Shown piece by piece: positions 26,527 to 40,750 of a DNA stretch of 64,000 nucleotides. Below the pieces are notes generated by a model. That model was given only the letters and a program-made list of their open reading frames with translations. It ran no database searches and was not told where the DNA came from. How positions within the stretch are numbered: the first letter of the stretch is position 1; every line of letters starts with the position of its first letter. The stretch lies in the NCBI RefSeq assembly GCF_006345805.1, contig NC_043000.1, forward strand, positions 92,380,001 through 92,444,000, given 5' to 3'. The position numbers and the translations under genes are program-made. The stretch comes from Octopus sinensis. Its lineage: Eukaryota.

Positions 26527-26684
26527 AAGGAGTGGCTGTGTGGTAAGTAGCTTGCTTATGAACCACATGGTTCCAGGTTCAGTCCCACTGCATTGCACCT
26601 TGGGCAAGTGTCTTCTTCTATAGCCTTGGGTAGACCAAAGCCTTGTGAGTGGATTTGGTAGATGGAAACTGAAAGAAGCCCATC

Positions 26685-26736
<52 letters not shown>

Positions 26737-26795
26737 ATACATTTGTGTGTCTGTGTTTGTCCCCCCAACATCGCTTGACAACCGATGCTGTAACT
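26527..26795 (+). mobile_element. SINE family S1, 3'-truncated
   Basis: GGAGTGGCTGTGTGGTAAGTAGCTTGC..GGTTCAGTCCCACTGC, then microsatellite, ending early in the second half. Confidence 0.85.
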
Positions 26796-28627
26796 TAAGT
26801 CTTCTCCATACCAGGAGATGACACCTTTTTGTAGATTAAATCTCAAAATAATGATAGGATAAAAATTCACTGTATGAAAGCTTGTGTCTATCCTATGTAA
26901 TCCTAACTGTTTATTCTGTTCTTAGTACTAACTGAAATCTGTCAATGTTTACATTGATTAGATTTCCTGATACTCATAATTATTAAACAATTGACAAAAG
27001 CGATGATATTTCTTTATACTTTTCCTAATCATTTGTTCTCTGAATTTGTAACTAGAGTCAAATTTTCAATTAAGTTCAGTAATCATCATCATCGCCTTTT
27101 TAATGTCCCCTTTTCCATGCTTCCATGTGTCTGACAGAATTTGTTGAGACAAATATTCTAATGTTGGATGCCCTTTTTGTTGCCCACACTCACCTGTTTC
27201 AAAGTAAGGTAAATATTTTGCCATCACCAGACATGTTTTTCCTCATAGACTAGAAACAAATAACATCACCTGTATGATGATGGTGACCATTTACAACCAT
27301 TATGAAATTCCAAACCAAGGCTACACACAAACTCACACACGTGTGTACATACTCACACTTACTCAAACACACACATACACTCAGGCACACATATAAATAT
27401 CTGTCTACATATTCAACGGACTTCTGTCAGTTCCTGTCTACCAGGCCTACTCATAAGATTTTGATCAGCTTGAACCTAGGGTAGAAGACAACTCACCCAA
27501 GCCACTATGCAGTGGATTCAACCTAGAACCATATGGCTGGGAAGCTAACTTCTTACCATACAGTTATGCCTGTGCTTATCAAAGTTAGATTTGAAAATTT
27601 GATTCATCCAAACTTTACAGTTCGTGTACCACTAATCGAGCTCTCTGTAAATTCAGTCCTAGTTTCTTTGGATTGTGTACTTTTTCCTAACCGAGTATTA
27701 ATCATTTTTAAGATTTATATATCTTCAATGGTCCTTTCAATGTAATGACAATAAACTCAACAAGATGCAATGCTTTAAGTCTATTTTCTATCACTGAATT
27801 TACTGAATTATTTTAGGATATTTGTGTTGCAAAACAATAATGATAATAATTGACTGCATCATGACCTTCTCAATTTCTTGGTTCCAGCACTTGAGGATTT
27901 CATATATCATGATGGTACAAAGTGCTACATTCTCTTTTACCCTTCCTTTTACTCTGCTGTCAAATGGATATGCCACAGCGATTATATTGCATAGTTTCAT
28001 CTTCTAGTAAAATCATTAGTGTGTTAGAAAAACTGCTTTGCAGTATTTGTTCTGCCACTTTAATTCCTGCTGAGGTCAATTTTGCCTTTCATCTCCTCAG
28101 GGTCAATAAAATAAAGTCTAGTAATGGGGCCTTTGGTATTAATTGGCCCCTGTTCTTTGGGACTACTGGTCTTGTGCCTAAAGTAGAAATTATTATTATT
28201 AACATTATTATTGTTATTGTTATTATTGGCAGAGTTGTTAGCTCATTGTACAAAATGCTTAGTAGCAATTCTTCTGGCTCTTTACATTTTCAGTGCAAAT
28301 CATGTCCAAGATCAACTTTGCCTTTCATCCTTTCCAGGTCAAGAAAATAAAGTAGGAGTGAAGAACTGGGGTTAATAGTATTGACAATGTGCTGCCCCTC
28401 GGAGTCTCTAGTCATCTGTAAAGTCACAACAAGGATCCCAGACAGATAATACTTTCCTTAACATGTGGGCTGTGCCCAATAAGCCTGCTTTTTGCAAGAC
28501 TCACTACCTCATGATTATGATCCCAATGATCTATCCACTAAGCCATGCACCTTCAAGCACATGTACACACACACACACACACATACACACACACACATAC
28601 ATATATAATAATAATAATAATAATATA

Positions 28628-28846
28628 TTTCTTTACTACCCACAAGGGGCTAAACACAGAGGGGACAAACAAGGACAGACAAAGGGATTAAGTCGATTAC
28701 ATCGACCCCAGTGCATAACTGGTACTTAATTTAGCGACCCCGAAAGGATGAAAGGCAAAGTCGACCGCAGCGGAATTTGAACCCAGAATGTAACAGCAGA
28801 CGAAATACGGCTACGCATTTCACCCGGTGTGCTAACGTTTCTGCCA
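28628..28846 (-). mobile_element. tRNA-headed SINE family S3 with a Nin-like central domain
   Basis: ..GGTCGACTTTGCCTTTCATCCTTTCGGGGTCGCTAAATTAAGTACCAG.. on the minus strand. Further copies or fragments lie at about 2755, 12790, 28040, 28220, 29365, 41158, 54750 and 59780. Confidence 0.75.
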
Positions 28847-29078
28847 TAGTAGGAAATATAATTCCAAACTTACAGGGAAAAATTCAATTTAGCAATTCTA
28901 AACCAAATTTCACAATATATAATATATGTATCTATTTTCTATTTACTATTTATTGTTTAGGTACTCTATTGATTTTTAGAATAATGATTTCTATAGTATA
29001 TTTAACTTTTTCTATATGGTGTGAATAACGTCTTTCACTATTGAATTGTTTAATAGAGGTTTTTCTCTAAATTTTATG

Positions 29079-29124
<46 letters not shown>

Positions 29125-29879
29125 AATGCAATAGCAGTTACAACAACAATAATGACAAAAACAACAACTACAACAATAAAACCAACAGCAACCACAACAA
29201 TGATGTGAAAAATTTTAATGATTATGATATGCCCTAAAGATGAAGAATTACTTTATTTGTTACATATTTGTGTTATCAATTAATAAACTTTTGGTTTAGT
29301 CACAAATTCCCTAACTTTTGAAGGCTCGTGACTCCTTTTATTTCATCATTACAATTGTTGTTAAGAGGATGAGCTGGTAGAATCATTAGCATGCTGGTCA
29401 GAATGCTTACCAGTATTTCGTCCATCTTTACATTGTGTGTTCAAATTCTGCCATGGTCGACTTTGCTTTTATCCTTTTGGGGGTTGTTAAAACAAATACA
29501 GCTGAAGACTTATGTTGGATCACCTTACCCCACCATCCTGAAAACTGCTGACCTTGTACTAATATTTGAAATCATTTTTATTATTAATAATATGTACATA
29601 TGATGATATATATGCATGCATGTGTTAGTGTGTATGTCTGTGTATCACTGACCACTTCTCAGCACTCGCACCACACACCATTATCCACACACCCACACAC
29701 TATTTTCAATAGAATCACCACACATCCCACTATACGAGTAGGCACACACACATACACATGTGCACACACCACTTGAAAAAGCACACATCAACTGCTACAC
29801 ATAACACGCACACACACACACACATGTCAAACTCACTCGTTCCCATTCACACATTCTAACAGACACACATGCTTATACA

Positions 29880-30047
29880 CCTTAGTTCGTTGGGATCTCC
29901 ATTATTATCTCCCTTCCATTCAACCTTGTTTTCTATTATAATCTCCCTTTCATTCAACCTTTTTTTTTCCAGTTATCTCAGCATGTTGGACTGTTGAACT
30001 TTTTATTCTCTCTCTATTTTTGCCTTTTACTCCTTTCTGTTGAAGAG
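29880..30047 (+). mobile_element. Family H-B repeat truncated inside the hammerhead motif
   Basis: ..CTCCTTTCTGTTGAAGAG| at 30033-30047. Confidence 0.45.
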
Positions 30048-31184
30048 TTCTACTATGTGGCCTTTCCATCTGTTAGAAATAGCAGTCAAACCTGAAATTG
30101 TAACCTACAATCTTTAAAAATGTCACATTAGGTACTATGGTTCTAGATGCTCCATTTTATGGGAAAGATGCGGATAGTCATTGCAGGAATAAGGATTTTA
30201 TCAAAGCCCTGCATGATCAAAGATGACCTTGTGCTATACAAAAAACTCTTTGAAGAGGTTTTTTTTAAAGCTTCTTTTCTTTTAATGGTGGTGCTCCAGC
30301 ATGGCCACAGTCATTGGACTGAAACATATAAAAGAATAAAAGAATAAGAAAACCAAAAATTTACAGATATATATTCAATATCAATTCATGATTCACATGG
30401 GTATTTTAATCTGATTCCATTTTAAGTGTGCATATCAATTTAATTCTTGCCTGGTTCACTTTCACACTATTCAGTAAATGTTTTGTCTACCAGTTTCTAC
30501 ATCAGAACAAGTAATTTTTGACCAAGTTCCAAATGTCCAGGGGTATTTGTCACTGAAAGGATCAAATTATTTTGAAACATGATGTTTGGCAGTCCACTAG
30601 TATTCTGAGGGAGCCCTGTGGTTTTTAATACACAAAACTCATTTGTATACAAATTACATCATCATCATCTTCATCATTTAATGTCTATTTTTTCATTCAT
30701 GACAAGCCAGAGAGTTGTACTGGGCTCTAGTGTAAGCTTTGGTATGTTTCTATGACAGGATGCCCTTCCTAATGCCCAATCACCTTACAGTGTGTACTGG
30801 GTACTTTTCCCATGCCAGTGGTACTTTTGGGACTGCTAAGTAAGTAGCAAAATCCTCAAAATTAAGTAGGGGTGGGGGAAAAATAGCAATGGGAAGGTGG
30901 TTTGATGCCAGAAAGAGAGAGACTAAACTAAGGTAAGAGAGACAAATGTAGGTGTCTTGCTGTGAAGGGAAAACATAGCTACCACATATTATATAAAGGT
31001 GAGTAGTAGTTGCTGAAAAGAAGATAAAGATGCTAGAGCAAACTCACAAAGTACAAGAAGGTGAACATAGGAGAGGATGCAGTTAGTGGATCAAAGATGG
31101 AGGAAAAGAAAGGATGATTAGTTTCATAAGCGGGCAAGAGGAGTTTAGCAGACAGTTAGAGATGGGGATGCATGGCTTAGTGAG

Positions 31185-31362
31185 AATTTACAAAAAACAA
31201 AAGACAAAGATGGGTAAGTAAACAATAAACAGATATATTAGTTTAACGGTTGGGAAGTGAGAAAGTCTTTTACGTTTTGAGCCTACGCTCTTTGACAGAA
31301 AGGAACACAGAAATAAACAGGGAGAGAAAATAGAAAAAGATTCAGTGGGTAGCGATCTATCA
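31185..31362 (-). mobile_element. Family H-B repeat with a decayed hammerhead (31267-31302)
   Basis: CTTT-CTGTCAA-A-GAGC GTAG GCTC-AAA-ACGT-A-AAAG; collinear with 16783-16975. Confidence 0.7.
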
Positions 31363-31364
31363 TA

Positions 31365-31692
31365 GCTTAGTGGTTAGAGCATCAGGCTCACAATCACGAG
31401 GTAGTGAGTTCAATTCCCAGACCAGGCTGTGTGTTGTGTTCTTGAGCAAGACACTTTATTTCATGTTACTCCAGTTCACTCAACTGTAAAAATGTGTTGC
31501 AATGTCACTGGTGTCAAGTTGTATCAGCCCTTGCCTTTCCCTTGGATAACATCGGTGGTGTGGAGAGGAGAGGCTGGTATGTATGGGTGACTACTGGTCT
31601 TCCATAAACAACCTTGCCCGGACTTGTTCCTCAGAGGAGAACTTTCTAGGGGCAATCCCAGTCATTCATGACCAAAGTGGGTCTTTACTCTA
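31365..31692 (+). mobile_element. tRNA-headed SINE family S4 (CORE/Meta-like central domain)
   Basis: TGGTTAGAGCATCAGGCTC..GAGTTCAATTCCC..CTTGAGCAAGACACTTTATTTCA..CAGTTCACTCAACTGTA. An inverted copy lies at 44228-44535. Confidence 0.7.
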
Positions 31693-33287
31693 GTGAGTGA
31701 TGAGCAAGGATAGAGGTGACCTCATGGGACTCAAGGACAGACTAGAAGGTGGGCGAATGTTGAGCAAGATGTAGAAGCAGTAGAGTGGGAGATGTGAGGA
31801 TACATTAAATAGTTATTTGAACCTGTCATAACTGGCTCAAAACGTTCTTTCTACTTTATGTTCAAGCAATGGTATTCAAATCATAAACAATTTCTTGATC
31901 GAAATTTCAAAGCTATGAGATAATTCTTGATTAATTCAAAACAATGTAAATGAATAAGCATTACAACTGATAGAGTAATCCAAATGTTAAAGGGTTAACC
32001 TAAATGCTGTTTCAAATGTGTGTACTAAATTAAGAGTAATAGTATTCTGGAGGATATCTGTCATATAAGAAAGTGAAATGTTTGCAATTTGAACTTGCAA
32101 TGGGTTTGTTGGCTTAAGTCACTAAAATCTTAACTCTTACTCAAAGACATTTTGTATTTAATCTTAAAAACAAAACCTACCTTCTTCAAGTAAATAATTT
32201 GACTAATGCAAAACGTTGGTCAAATTTTGGCAGAATTTCCAACAAAATTTCATTTTTTTTTTATCAATACAATTAACTTCTAATTAAGGACTTTTCTATT
32301 TATTTTTACTGCATTTTGTCATTCTTTTATTCTATTTTATGCCTGACTTGATGTATTTTGGCAAAGAAATAATCATTTTCAGCAATTAGTTTAATATTTT
32401 GTTTAATTGTATATGTATTTTCTATGTTTTTATTTCATTTCTTTGTTAAATTTTGCATACTTATACCAATTTTTGGTCAGTGCTATAATCAAGTGGTAAT
32501 TGTATTCTGATTAAATTACAGAAAATAAAGCTAAGAATATTTAATATTTCAGCATGGACAGTTCTCTTAAAGTTATAAGTTAAACATGAGAAGAATATAT
32601 TCCTGGGGAAATGTTCCAATTTGGCTTCGTTTTTTTCTGAGGAACATACATACTTAAATACATGTGGTGCATGCAGATTGTAGATATGCCAAATGTTATT
32701 TTACTTTTATTTATTTTTTTTTTACTTTCCTTCTTTTTATTTTTACAATTTTTGCAAAGTGAACATAATTCCAAGTGTAGAAATTTCCTAGACAGAAAAC
32801 TAAAAATACATACTGAAATACATTGTAAAACAATGCCTCCATAATATGTATTCACCTAACTCATGCTAGCATTGAAAAGCAGATGTAAAAGGAGTCAATG
32901 GAAAGTGTGTGTGTGTGGGGGTGAGGGAATGGAGGGTGATGACAGTTGTTGATTAAAAAAAAACAGGAAGAACTGTTGCATGATGCACTGATTGATATGA
33001 TGGTAGATTTGATTGGTACTGGAAAAAGCTTGAGGGTCACAACTTCAATTCTGCTCTCCTAGGTGTACAGTATAACATGTCCAAATCAGTGGAAGTGTTA
33101 CCATTTAGCTGTTCTTGTCTCTGTTCTGCTTAGTGTCTTTTTTTAATTACCTCTGAAATTAGCATCATAATAATCATTATTATTTCTTGCCTCTACAATT
33201 AAATTTATAATATTCCTCCCCCTCCTCATCATCATTAACATCATCACAATCACCATCATCAGCATCGTCATCATCATCATTGCTATT

Positions 33288-33318
<31 letters not shown>

Positions 33319-34378
33319 ATCACCTTTGTAGACGTTGAGAAATACAGATTGATAAAATATACACTAGTCTGAAATATAAAATTATCAACTGAAAGCCTTT
33401 AAAGCAGTGCCCCAGTATGGCCAAATACCTATGAAGCAATTCAGTAAAATAATATATAATCTTCCATATGTAAATATTCACACACATATGAAAAATCTGT
33501 TCTACTTCACTCATGGCCCCTTCACTCATACATTAACCCATCAACTCCGAGTAGGTTTCATGGTCTTGCAAGCTCCATGATAACCATATAAGTGCTGAGT
33601 GCCAGGAGAAAAAAAACACCAAGTACATACTGCAAAGTGGTTGATATTTGGAAAGGCATCTAACTATAGGAACCGTGTCAAAGCAGGTAACTGGTGCACA
33701 ATACAGTCCTTGGAACCATCACAGCCTAGCAAATTGTCCAACACATGACAGCATAGAATGTGAATATTACATGAGGAGGAGATGATATACATGTATACAT
33801 GGAGTTCACTCAGCTGCTGGTCAAAACAAAAGTGACTTGTACCTGTAATTCAAAAGGCCAGCTGGGTCACATTTTGTGTCATGTAGAATCTCACTGAGAC
33901 CTATGTTAAGGGTATGCAGGTTTGTGGAGTGCTTGGCCACTTGCACATTAATTACAAGATCAGAATGTTCTGTTGGTTGGATCAACTAGAACCCTCATCG
34001 TCGTAACCGATGTGGTGCCAGTTTAACATACATACATACATATGCATCATCATCATCATCATCATCATCATTTAATGTCTGTTGTCCATGCTGGCATGGG
34101 TTGGGCAGTTTGACCAGAGCTGGCAAGCTGGGGAGCTACACCAGATTCCGGTCTGATTTGGCATGGTTTCTACAGCTGGATGCCGTTGCTAATGCCAACT
34201 ACTTTACAATGTGTGCCAGATGCCTCCATGTGACACCACACAAGTGCTTTTATGTGGCACTGCACAGGCACTTTTACATAGCATCGCATGGGCACTTTTA
34301 TGTGACACTGTCATAAGTACTTTTAATCACAAGAGAGACTAATATATATATGTGTGTGTGCGTGTGTATGTGTGTGTG

Positions 34379-34692
34379 TGGAGGCACAATGGCCCAGTGG
34401 TTAGGGCAGCTGACTCGCAGTCAGAAGATTGCGATTTCAATTCCCAGACCAGGCGTTGTGTGTTTTTATTAGGTGAAAACACCTAAAGCTCCACGAGGCT
34501 CCAGCAGGGGTGTGGGGTGGCGGCGGCTGTTTTACTCCTTCACCCCAACTTTCTCTCACTCTCTCTTCCTGTTTCTTGAATAACGCTGCGATGGACTGGC
34601 ATCCCGTCCAGCTGGAGGGAACACATTCACCACAGAAACCGGGCCCATGAGCCTAGCTAGGCTTGAAAAGGACACATAAATAAATAAATAAA
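34379..34692 (+). mobile_element. SINE family S2 (tail type b)
   Basis: Same head as 1055-1435, but the 3' part is GCTGCGATGGACTGGCATCCCGTCCAG..AGAAACCGGGCCC..(TAAA)n. Confidence 0.8.
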
Positions 34693-35809
34693 TATATATA
34701 TATATATATCTTACACGTGCAAGTCAGATGCACACATATGCATATAGCTTATTGTTGTTTCTCTCATGTGGTATTGTGCTACTTCTACCATTCTAAAAGA
34801 ATGAAAGAACCATATGCAAATAAAGAACTATCTCTGATTCCTTATCATCATCCTTATGCTTAATGCCAGATAAAATTCCATGAAAGTATTAGAAGCTCCT
34901 AATGACAATTTAAAAAGTCTGAAAGTTTTATTGATGCCACAAATTTTTCATTAGATGCTGAATTTTATCAATTTAATGCTCGGAAGAATTTTACATCATT
35001 TTCATAATGTTCCAGGTTTCTTCAGACCCTTGCCAATAGAAATCAGATCACTTTGAACGTTTTAGGATTCTCTTCAATAATTATTTTGTGGCTATTTTTG
35101 ATTGATAGTCACATTTTCCCATACGCATACATAGAGACATTTATTCACTCACTCCCTTATAAATTTTACATTCTGACCTTCATATATATATATATATACA
35201 CACACACATTCGCAAACATACGTAGCTGCTAACATAAAAATAGAGCTCTGCTATGTGGTTATACAGACATGAACTGCATACATCATACATAATACAAATA
35301 CAAACATACACACACACACATGAAGATCTAGTCTTATGCATACTACATTTACATACACGTCTGTATCAAATCACTCACAGAACATCATACAGATATGCAA
35401 ACCAGAAATGCATACAATTTGCACATGAATACTTATGCACACATGCATACACGCACACCCATGCATACTCAGACTATACATTCGCGTATATACCCATAAT
35501 TATATGCATCCCTGCCAATCTGTACACTTAAGTAAATATGTACATTTGTAAAGTTGTGATGTAAGTGGTCATATGTACTAGCACTGATAACGACATGCAT
35601 AATTATTTGTGCATGCATATTTCTATATGTCTGATTTGCATACTCATTCCTTTACATGCACATACATGCGTGGACAAACACACACACACACACACATTAC
35701 ACACCTACACAAACACACACACAGACACACAAAGTAATATCAGCAATATAATAAATAATTGCACTCTACTTTGGGATTGAGTACTTTTTCCCCTTGTTTG
35801 CAAATTCCA

Positions 35810-35871
35810 ACATACATATGTGTATGTATATATATATATATATATATATATAGATAGATTGATAGATATAG

Positions 35872-35910
<39 letters not shown>

Positions 35911-36265
35911 TAGATAGATAGATTGATAGATATAGATATACATACATATATATATATATATAATATATATATATATATATTATATATATATATACACATA
36001 CATATATACATATATATATACATATACATACATATATATATATATATACACACACACACATATATATATACATATATATGAATATATGTATATGTATACA
36101 CATATATATGTGTATACCTACATACTTCTGTACATATATATATACATATATATATATGTATATATATTTATATGTGTGTATATATATATATACTTATGTG
36201 TGTATACATGTATCACCATTTCAAAATAAACATAATTCATACACACACATATATATATGAGTATG
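35810..36265. repeat. (TA)n/(TAGA)n/(TACA)n microsatellite block
   Basis: Seen directly. Confidence 0.95.
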
Positions 36266-36369
36266 GAAATATACGTGTTAATATATACATACACATGCAC
36301 AAACATATACAATACATACACACAGACAATCATCTGTGATTGAAAAGCAAGGTGAAAAAATAGTTAATA

Positions 36370-36625
36370 AAACGGAAGAAGGTAAAAAAAAATAGAGATT
36401 GAAGTATCATCATACAATGACTCTTCTAGACTAATCCAATGACAATCTTGTGGCAATCTGAGAAATTTCTCGCAAGTAAAAATGTTTAAACAAGGATGAT
36501 GCGAATAAAATTGAGTAGAGGCCGGATGTGATTGCGGAAATTTTGCAGTAACTTTGACTAAGCTTCTGTTAAAAATGATAAGGCGCATAGGCTGTCAAAA
36601 TCACTCTGGTAAATATATATGCGAG
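36370..36625. promoter_or_regulatory. Unique, relatively CpG-rich segment with an ETS-like motif (possible promoter/enhancer)
   Basis: About 7 CpGs in about 255 bp of non-repeat sequence; CCGGATGT near 36523; possible donor CTG|gtaaat at 36608/36609. Confidence 0.2.
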
Positions 36626-36672
36626 TTTTATATTTGTTTTATATGATGATTGATACATATATATATACAATC

Positions 36673-36742
<70 letters not shown>

Positions 36743-36899
36743 CACATATATACATTGTATATATATGTGTGTGTGTGTGTGTGTGTGCATTTATGTGCAT
36801 ATATATGTATATATAATATGCATGCATATGTACTTTATATATACATGTGTATGTGTATATATATATACATGCATATATATATGTATATATATAAAAATG

Positions 36900-36942
<43 letters not shown>

Positions 36943-37522
36943 AAATACTCACACCACATTGTAGTAAATAGCTATATCAATAATGATAATAATAATAATA
37001 ATGACAACAACAAGAACAATAATAATAATATCTACAACATCAACATCAACAACAACAGCAATAATAATAATGATGATGATGATGCTGCTGCTGCTGCTGA
37101 TGACGATGATAATGGTGATGGTGATGGTGATGACTATAACAATAACAGTAAAATATAGAGTCTCTGAGTGGATAGGAAGACATATGCTTATGGCTGAGTG
37201 ATTAATGTTAACGATTGACTGCTAAGAAAAGGAAAATGATTTGAGAAGAGGGACATTTTATTCATTTATTTATTTTTTAATTTGATTTTGTTCTATTTTT
37301 ATTTTATTTTTATTTTTTTCATTCTCTAGATTTTTGTTTACTTTGGTCTGTCTGTCTCTCTCGTTCTCTCTCCTTTTCTCCTTGTCTCTGTTTCTAGTTT
37401 CTTTATTTTTTTTGTTCCTACCTCTCTGTGTCTCCTTTATTCTATGTCTCTCTCCCTCTCTTCAACTTTGGTGCATTTTTTCTTATTCTTTTATTAAATT
37501 TTCAATCATTATGATGTGTAAA

Positions 37523-37556
37523 TGGTCACATGATTATCTCTTCAAAATGGCTGCCT
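37523..37556. promoter_or_regulatory. Adjacent E-box/M-box-like and YY1-like motifs
   Basis: GGTCACATGAT followed 8 bp later by CAAAATGGCTGCC. Confidence 0.2.
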
Positions 37557-38299
37557 GAAAATAGGAGTTTAAGAGGTTATACATATGTGTGTGTAATTGT
37601 GTATGTATGTATGTATCTATGTATATTTATGTGAATGTATGTTTATGAGCAAATAAGTGAGTACACCAGCAAAGACTTTTCTGAGTGCACTCCTCTATAT
37701 GTTTATGTGTGTATGTATGAAATGTAAAGGAAATTGACTGAAAGGATGCAAATTTAATGGATTAGAAAGACAAAAGTAACAATTGCAAGAATGGAACATG
37801 AAAAGGTATAAAATTAGCTTTATGTTGCAACTAAATGAGAAAGGAAATACCCAAAGCTGTTATATCGTTCAATTCCTTTGGAGATAAATAAATAGAAAGA
37901 ACAAGAAAAAAAGTAAATAAATATAGCTCTTGACCATAAGATCTTAATATTCTTGAGTGCAATTTTTTATTGTTTTCGCCTTTACCAAAAAACTTATGTG
38001 TGTGTGTGTACATATATACATATACATATATATATACATACATATATATTTTGGATAACAGAAACAGACTGCCTTAACATGTGTGTGCATAGGTGCATGT
38101 GTGTGTGTTTATGTGTTTGTGTGTGTGTGTGCTTGCCATTCATATTTTTTTGCTTCATGTCATTCATTTTTACCGTTCATTTTTCCATGCTAGCACGAGT
38201 TAGATGAATACTCTATTAAAACATATCTTTGTGGCTGTTTGTCGTTCCTGGAGCTAACCATTACTTTTCTTCACAAGTAAGGGATTTCTTGTTTCTCAG

Positions 38300-38360
38300 C
38301 TCTTTCAATGCATAAAGCAAACAGATGATTTGTTGACAGAAGTGTCAGCAATGATTACAG
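38300..38360 (+). other. Candidate 61-nt exon (open frame LFQCIKQTDDLLTEVSAMIT)
   Basis: Acceptor gatttcttgtttctcag| and donor CAG|gtaagt, the best splice pair seen in the window. One open frame. Confidence 0.4.
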
Positions 38361-38481
38361 GTAAGTCCTGTACCACCAACAATTCATCACAGGAGAGATC
38401 ACTGCCATCAATTCACTATGAAGAAAGTTCACTGCAAGGACAGTTTACCAAGAAAATATATCCATAGTATCTCACCATCAA

Positions 38482-38707
38482 TACTCTTTTACTCTTTTAC
38501 TTGTTTTAGTCATTTGACTGCGGTCATGCTGGAGCAACGCCTTTAGTTGAGCAAATCGACCCCAGGACTTATTCTTTGTAAGCCTAGTACTTACTCTATC
38601 AGTCTCTTTTTGCCTAATCGCTAAGTTACAGGGATGTAAACACACCATCATCGGTTGTCAAGCGATGTTGGGGGGACAAACACAGACACACAATCATATA
38701 CACACAC

Positions 38708-38759
<52 letters not shown>

Positions 38760-38958
38760 CAGGCTTCTTTCAGTTTCCGTCTACCAAATCCACTCACAAG
38801 GCTTTGGTCAGCCGAGGCTATAGTAGAAGACACTTGCCCAAGGTGCCATGCAGTGGGATTGAACCCAGAACCATGTGGTTGGTAAGCAAGCTACTTACCA
38901 CACAGCCACACCTGGACCACCACACAGCCACTCCTGCACCACCACACAGCCACTCCAA
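38482..38958 (-). mobile_element. SINE family S1 with a triplicated 5' end
   Basis: Full copy; ACCACACAGCCAC occurs three times in tandem at 38897-38958. Confidence 0.9.
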
Positions 38959-39213
38959 ATAGTTAAAAAGTATTTTATTTAAAAATAAAAATAAATGTGA
39001 GAAAAACTGAAGTTGAAAAATTATGTCAAAAAATTTGTATTGTGAACTTTCCCTGTGGTGAATTGGTGACTGTGAACTTACTGGACATGGTCAGCAGCAG
39101 AACCAGTTATAGCTTATGATTTTCAAAGAAATGTCTTCATGGCTGAGACAAGTAAAAGTAATATATACCATCATCATCATTTTGATGTCCACTTTTCCTT
39201 GCTTGCATATATA

Positions 39214-39449
39214 CAGGGTGGCCCAAATGTAGGCTTACAGTTATCAGGTAGGCACTTTAAATTCCTTTTAAAGCATTTTATTATATCTAAATTTCTATCT
39301 TACAAACTGAAAAGGGACCTTTACAAAATTAACTAAATTAGCATAAGATAATGGTTCCATGTTTTTTATATAATTAAGATCTAGACTGCTAATATATGAA
39401 TGCGAAAGAGGTAGTTGAATAACTGTAAACCTACTTTTGGGCCACCCTG
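39214..39449. mobile_element. Tc1/mariner-type MITE
   Basis: About 30-bp TIRs CAGGGTGGCCCAAA(T/A)GTAGG(C/T)TTACAGTTAT with TA on both flanks; non-coding interior. Confidence 0.85.
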
Positions 39450-40386
39450 TATATGTATAGGAACATCGTCAACAACAACTTCTAGTAGCTCAATGATGGT
39501 TGTCCTGAGGGAGTTCAATGTGGCAGAATCCATTATTATGTGTGTGAAGCATGAATGCATCACATACAAATCCCACATGATGAGGAGAGAACAGTTCATG
39601 TATGGCGAAAATGGAGGAATTTTATCTTGTGCATGACAGTGTTTAGGAGGGCAAGGAAGGGATGATATGGCTGCTATTTTTAGTAGTATGGTGAATGTAT
39701 AACATCTCTATCACTCACCAAAATGAGAGTGAGTGTGAGAGAGGGGGAGAGAAGGAGTTATTTTCCATGAGGGGAAACTGAAGAGTATGAAGATAAGAGA
39801 GTGAATATATTTTTACCATGGCTGTGTTGTTAAGATGTTTGCTATGCAACCACCCACATAATCCTGGTGTATGGCACTTCAGACAAGTGACTTCTGCTAT
39901 TGCCTCAGGACAACCAATGCATTGTGACTGAATTTGAAAAACTTGAGGAAAGTCATTGATTGTGTGTGCGTGTATTCAAGCCTGTCGTGTGCATGTATAT
40001 ATATATATCAGGCACATGCTGCCTGGGTAGGCAGTACCTACCCTGAATGGAATTGAGCAATAGTAACATTTTCCTTTTTGGCAAAATATACACCTAATTC
40101 AATAAAATTATGATGGCTACTCTGATTATTGTGCATAAAATGCAAAAATATTATATTATTTTGTAGATTAGGTAGGCATACTTCACCCCTGCCTTTCAGT
40201 CTCAGTATTAAAAAAACACATAGTACTGCTGTAGTACATATGCTGCGTACAATGTTTTCTTTACGCATTATAAAGGCAGAAATAAATGTACCTCCAATTC
40301 ACTCACTCACCTGTGTTTTGCTTATTTTTTTTTTTACTACATAAATGTTACTAACTGCCTACCCGAGTAATTACTCATGACATATG

Positions 40387-40417
<31 letters not shown>

Positions 40418-40666
40418 TTCATAGTCATGGCCAATGCCAGTGCCGCCTGACTGGCTCCCAACCAATGGCATGTAAAAGGCACAATTCTAGCATGGTTGGT
40501 GTTAGGAAGGGCATCCAGCTGTAGAAACCTTGCTTCCTAAAGCCCATGGTTTCAAGTTCAGTCCCACTGCATAGCACCTTGAGCAAGTGTCTTCTACTAT
40601 AGCCTTGGGCTGACCAAAGCCTTGTGAGTGGATTTGGTAGATGGAAACTGATATAAAACCATTGTA

Positions 40667-40717
<51 letters not shown>

Positions 40718-40750
40718 GTGTGTGTGCATATATATACATACATTGTTGCT

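Noticed and set aside
23281-35100. Several small plus-strand segments with fair acceptors (about 23281, 26281, 27888, 33062, 34956)
   Set aside because: Donors are weak or missing, frames do not chain into a recognisable protein, and the frequency is compatible with chance in AT-rich DNA.
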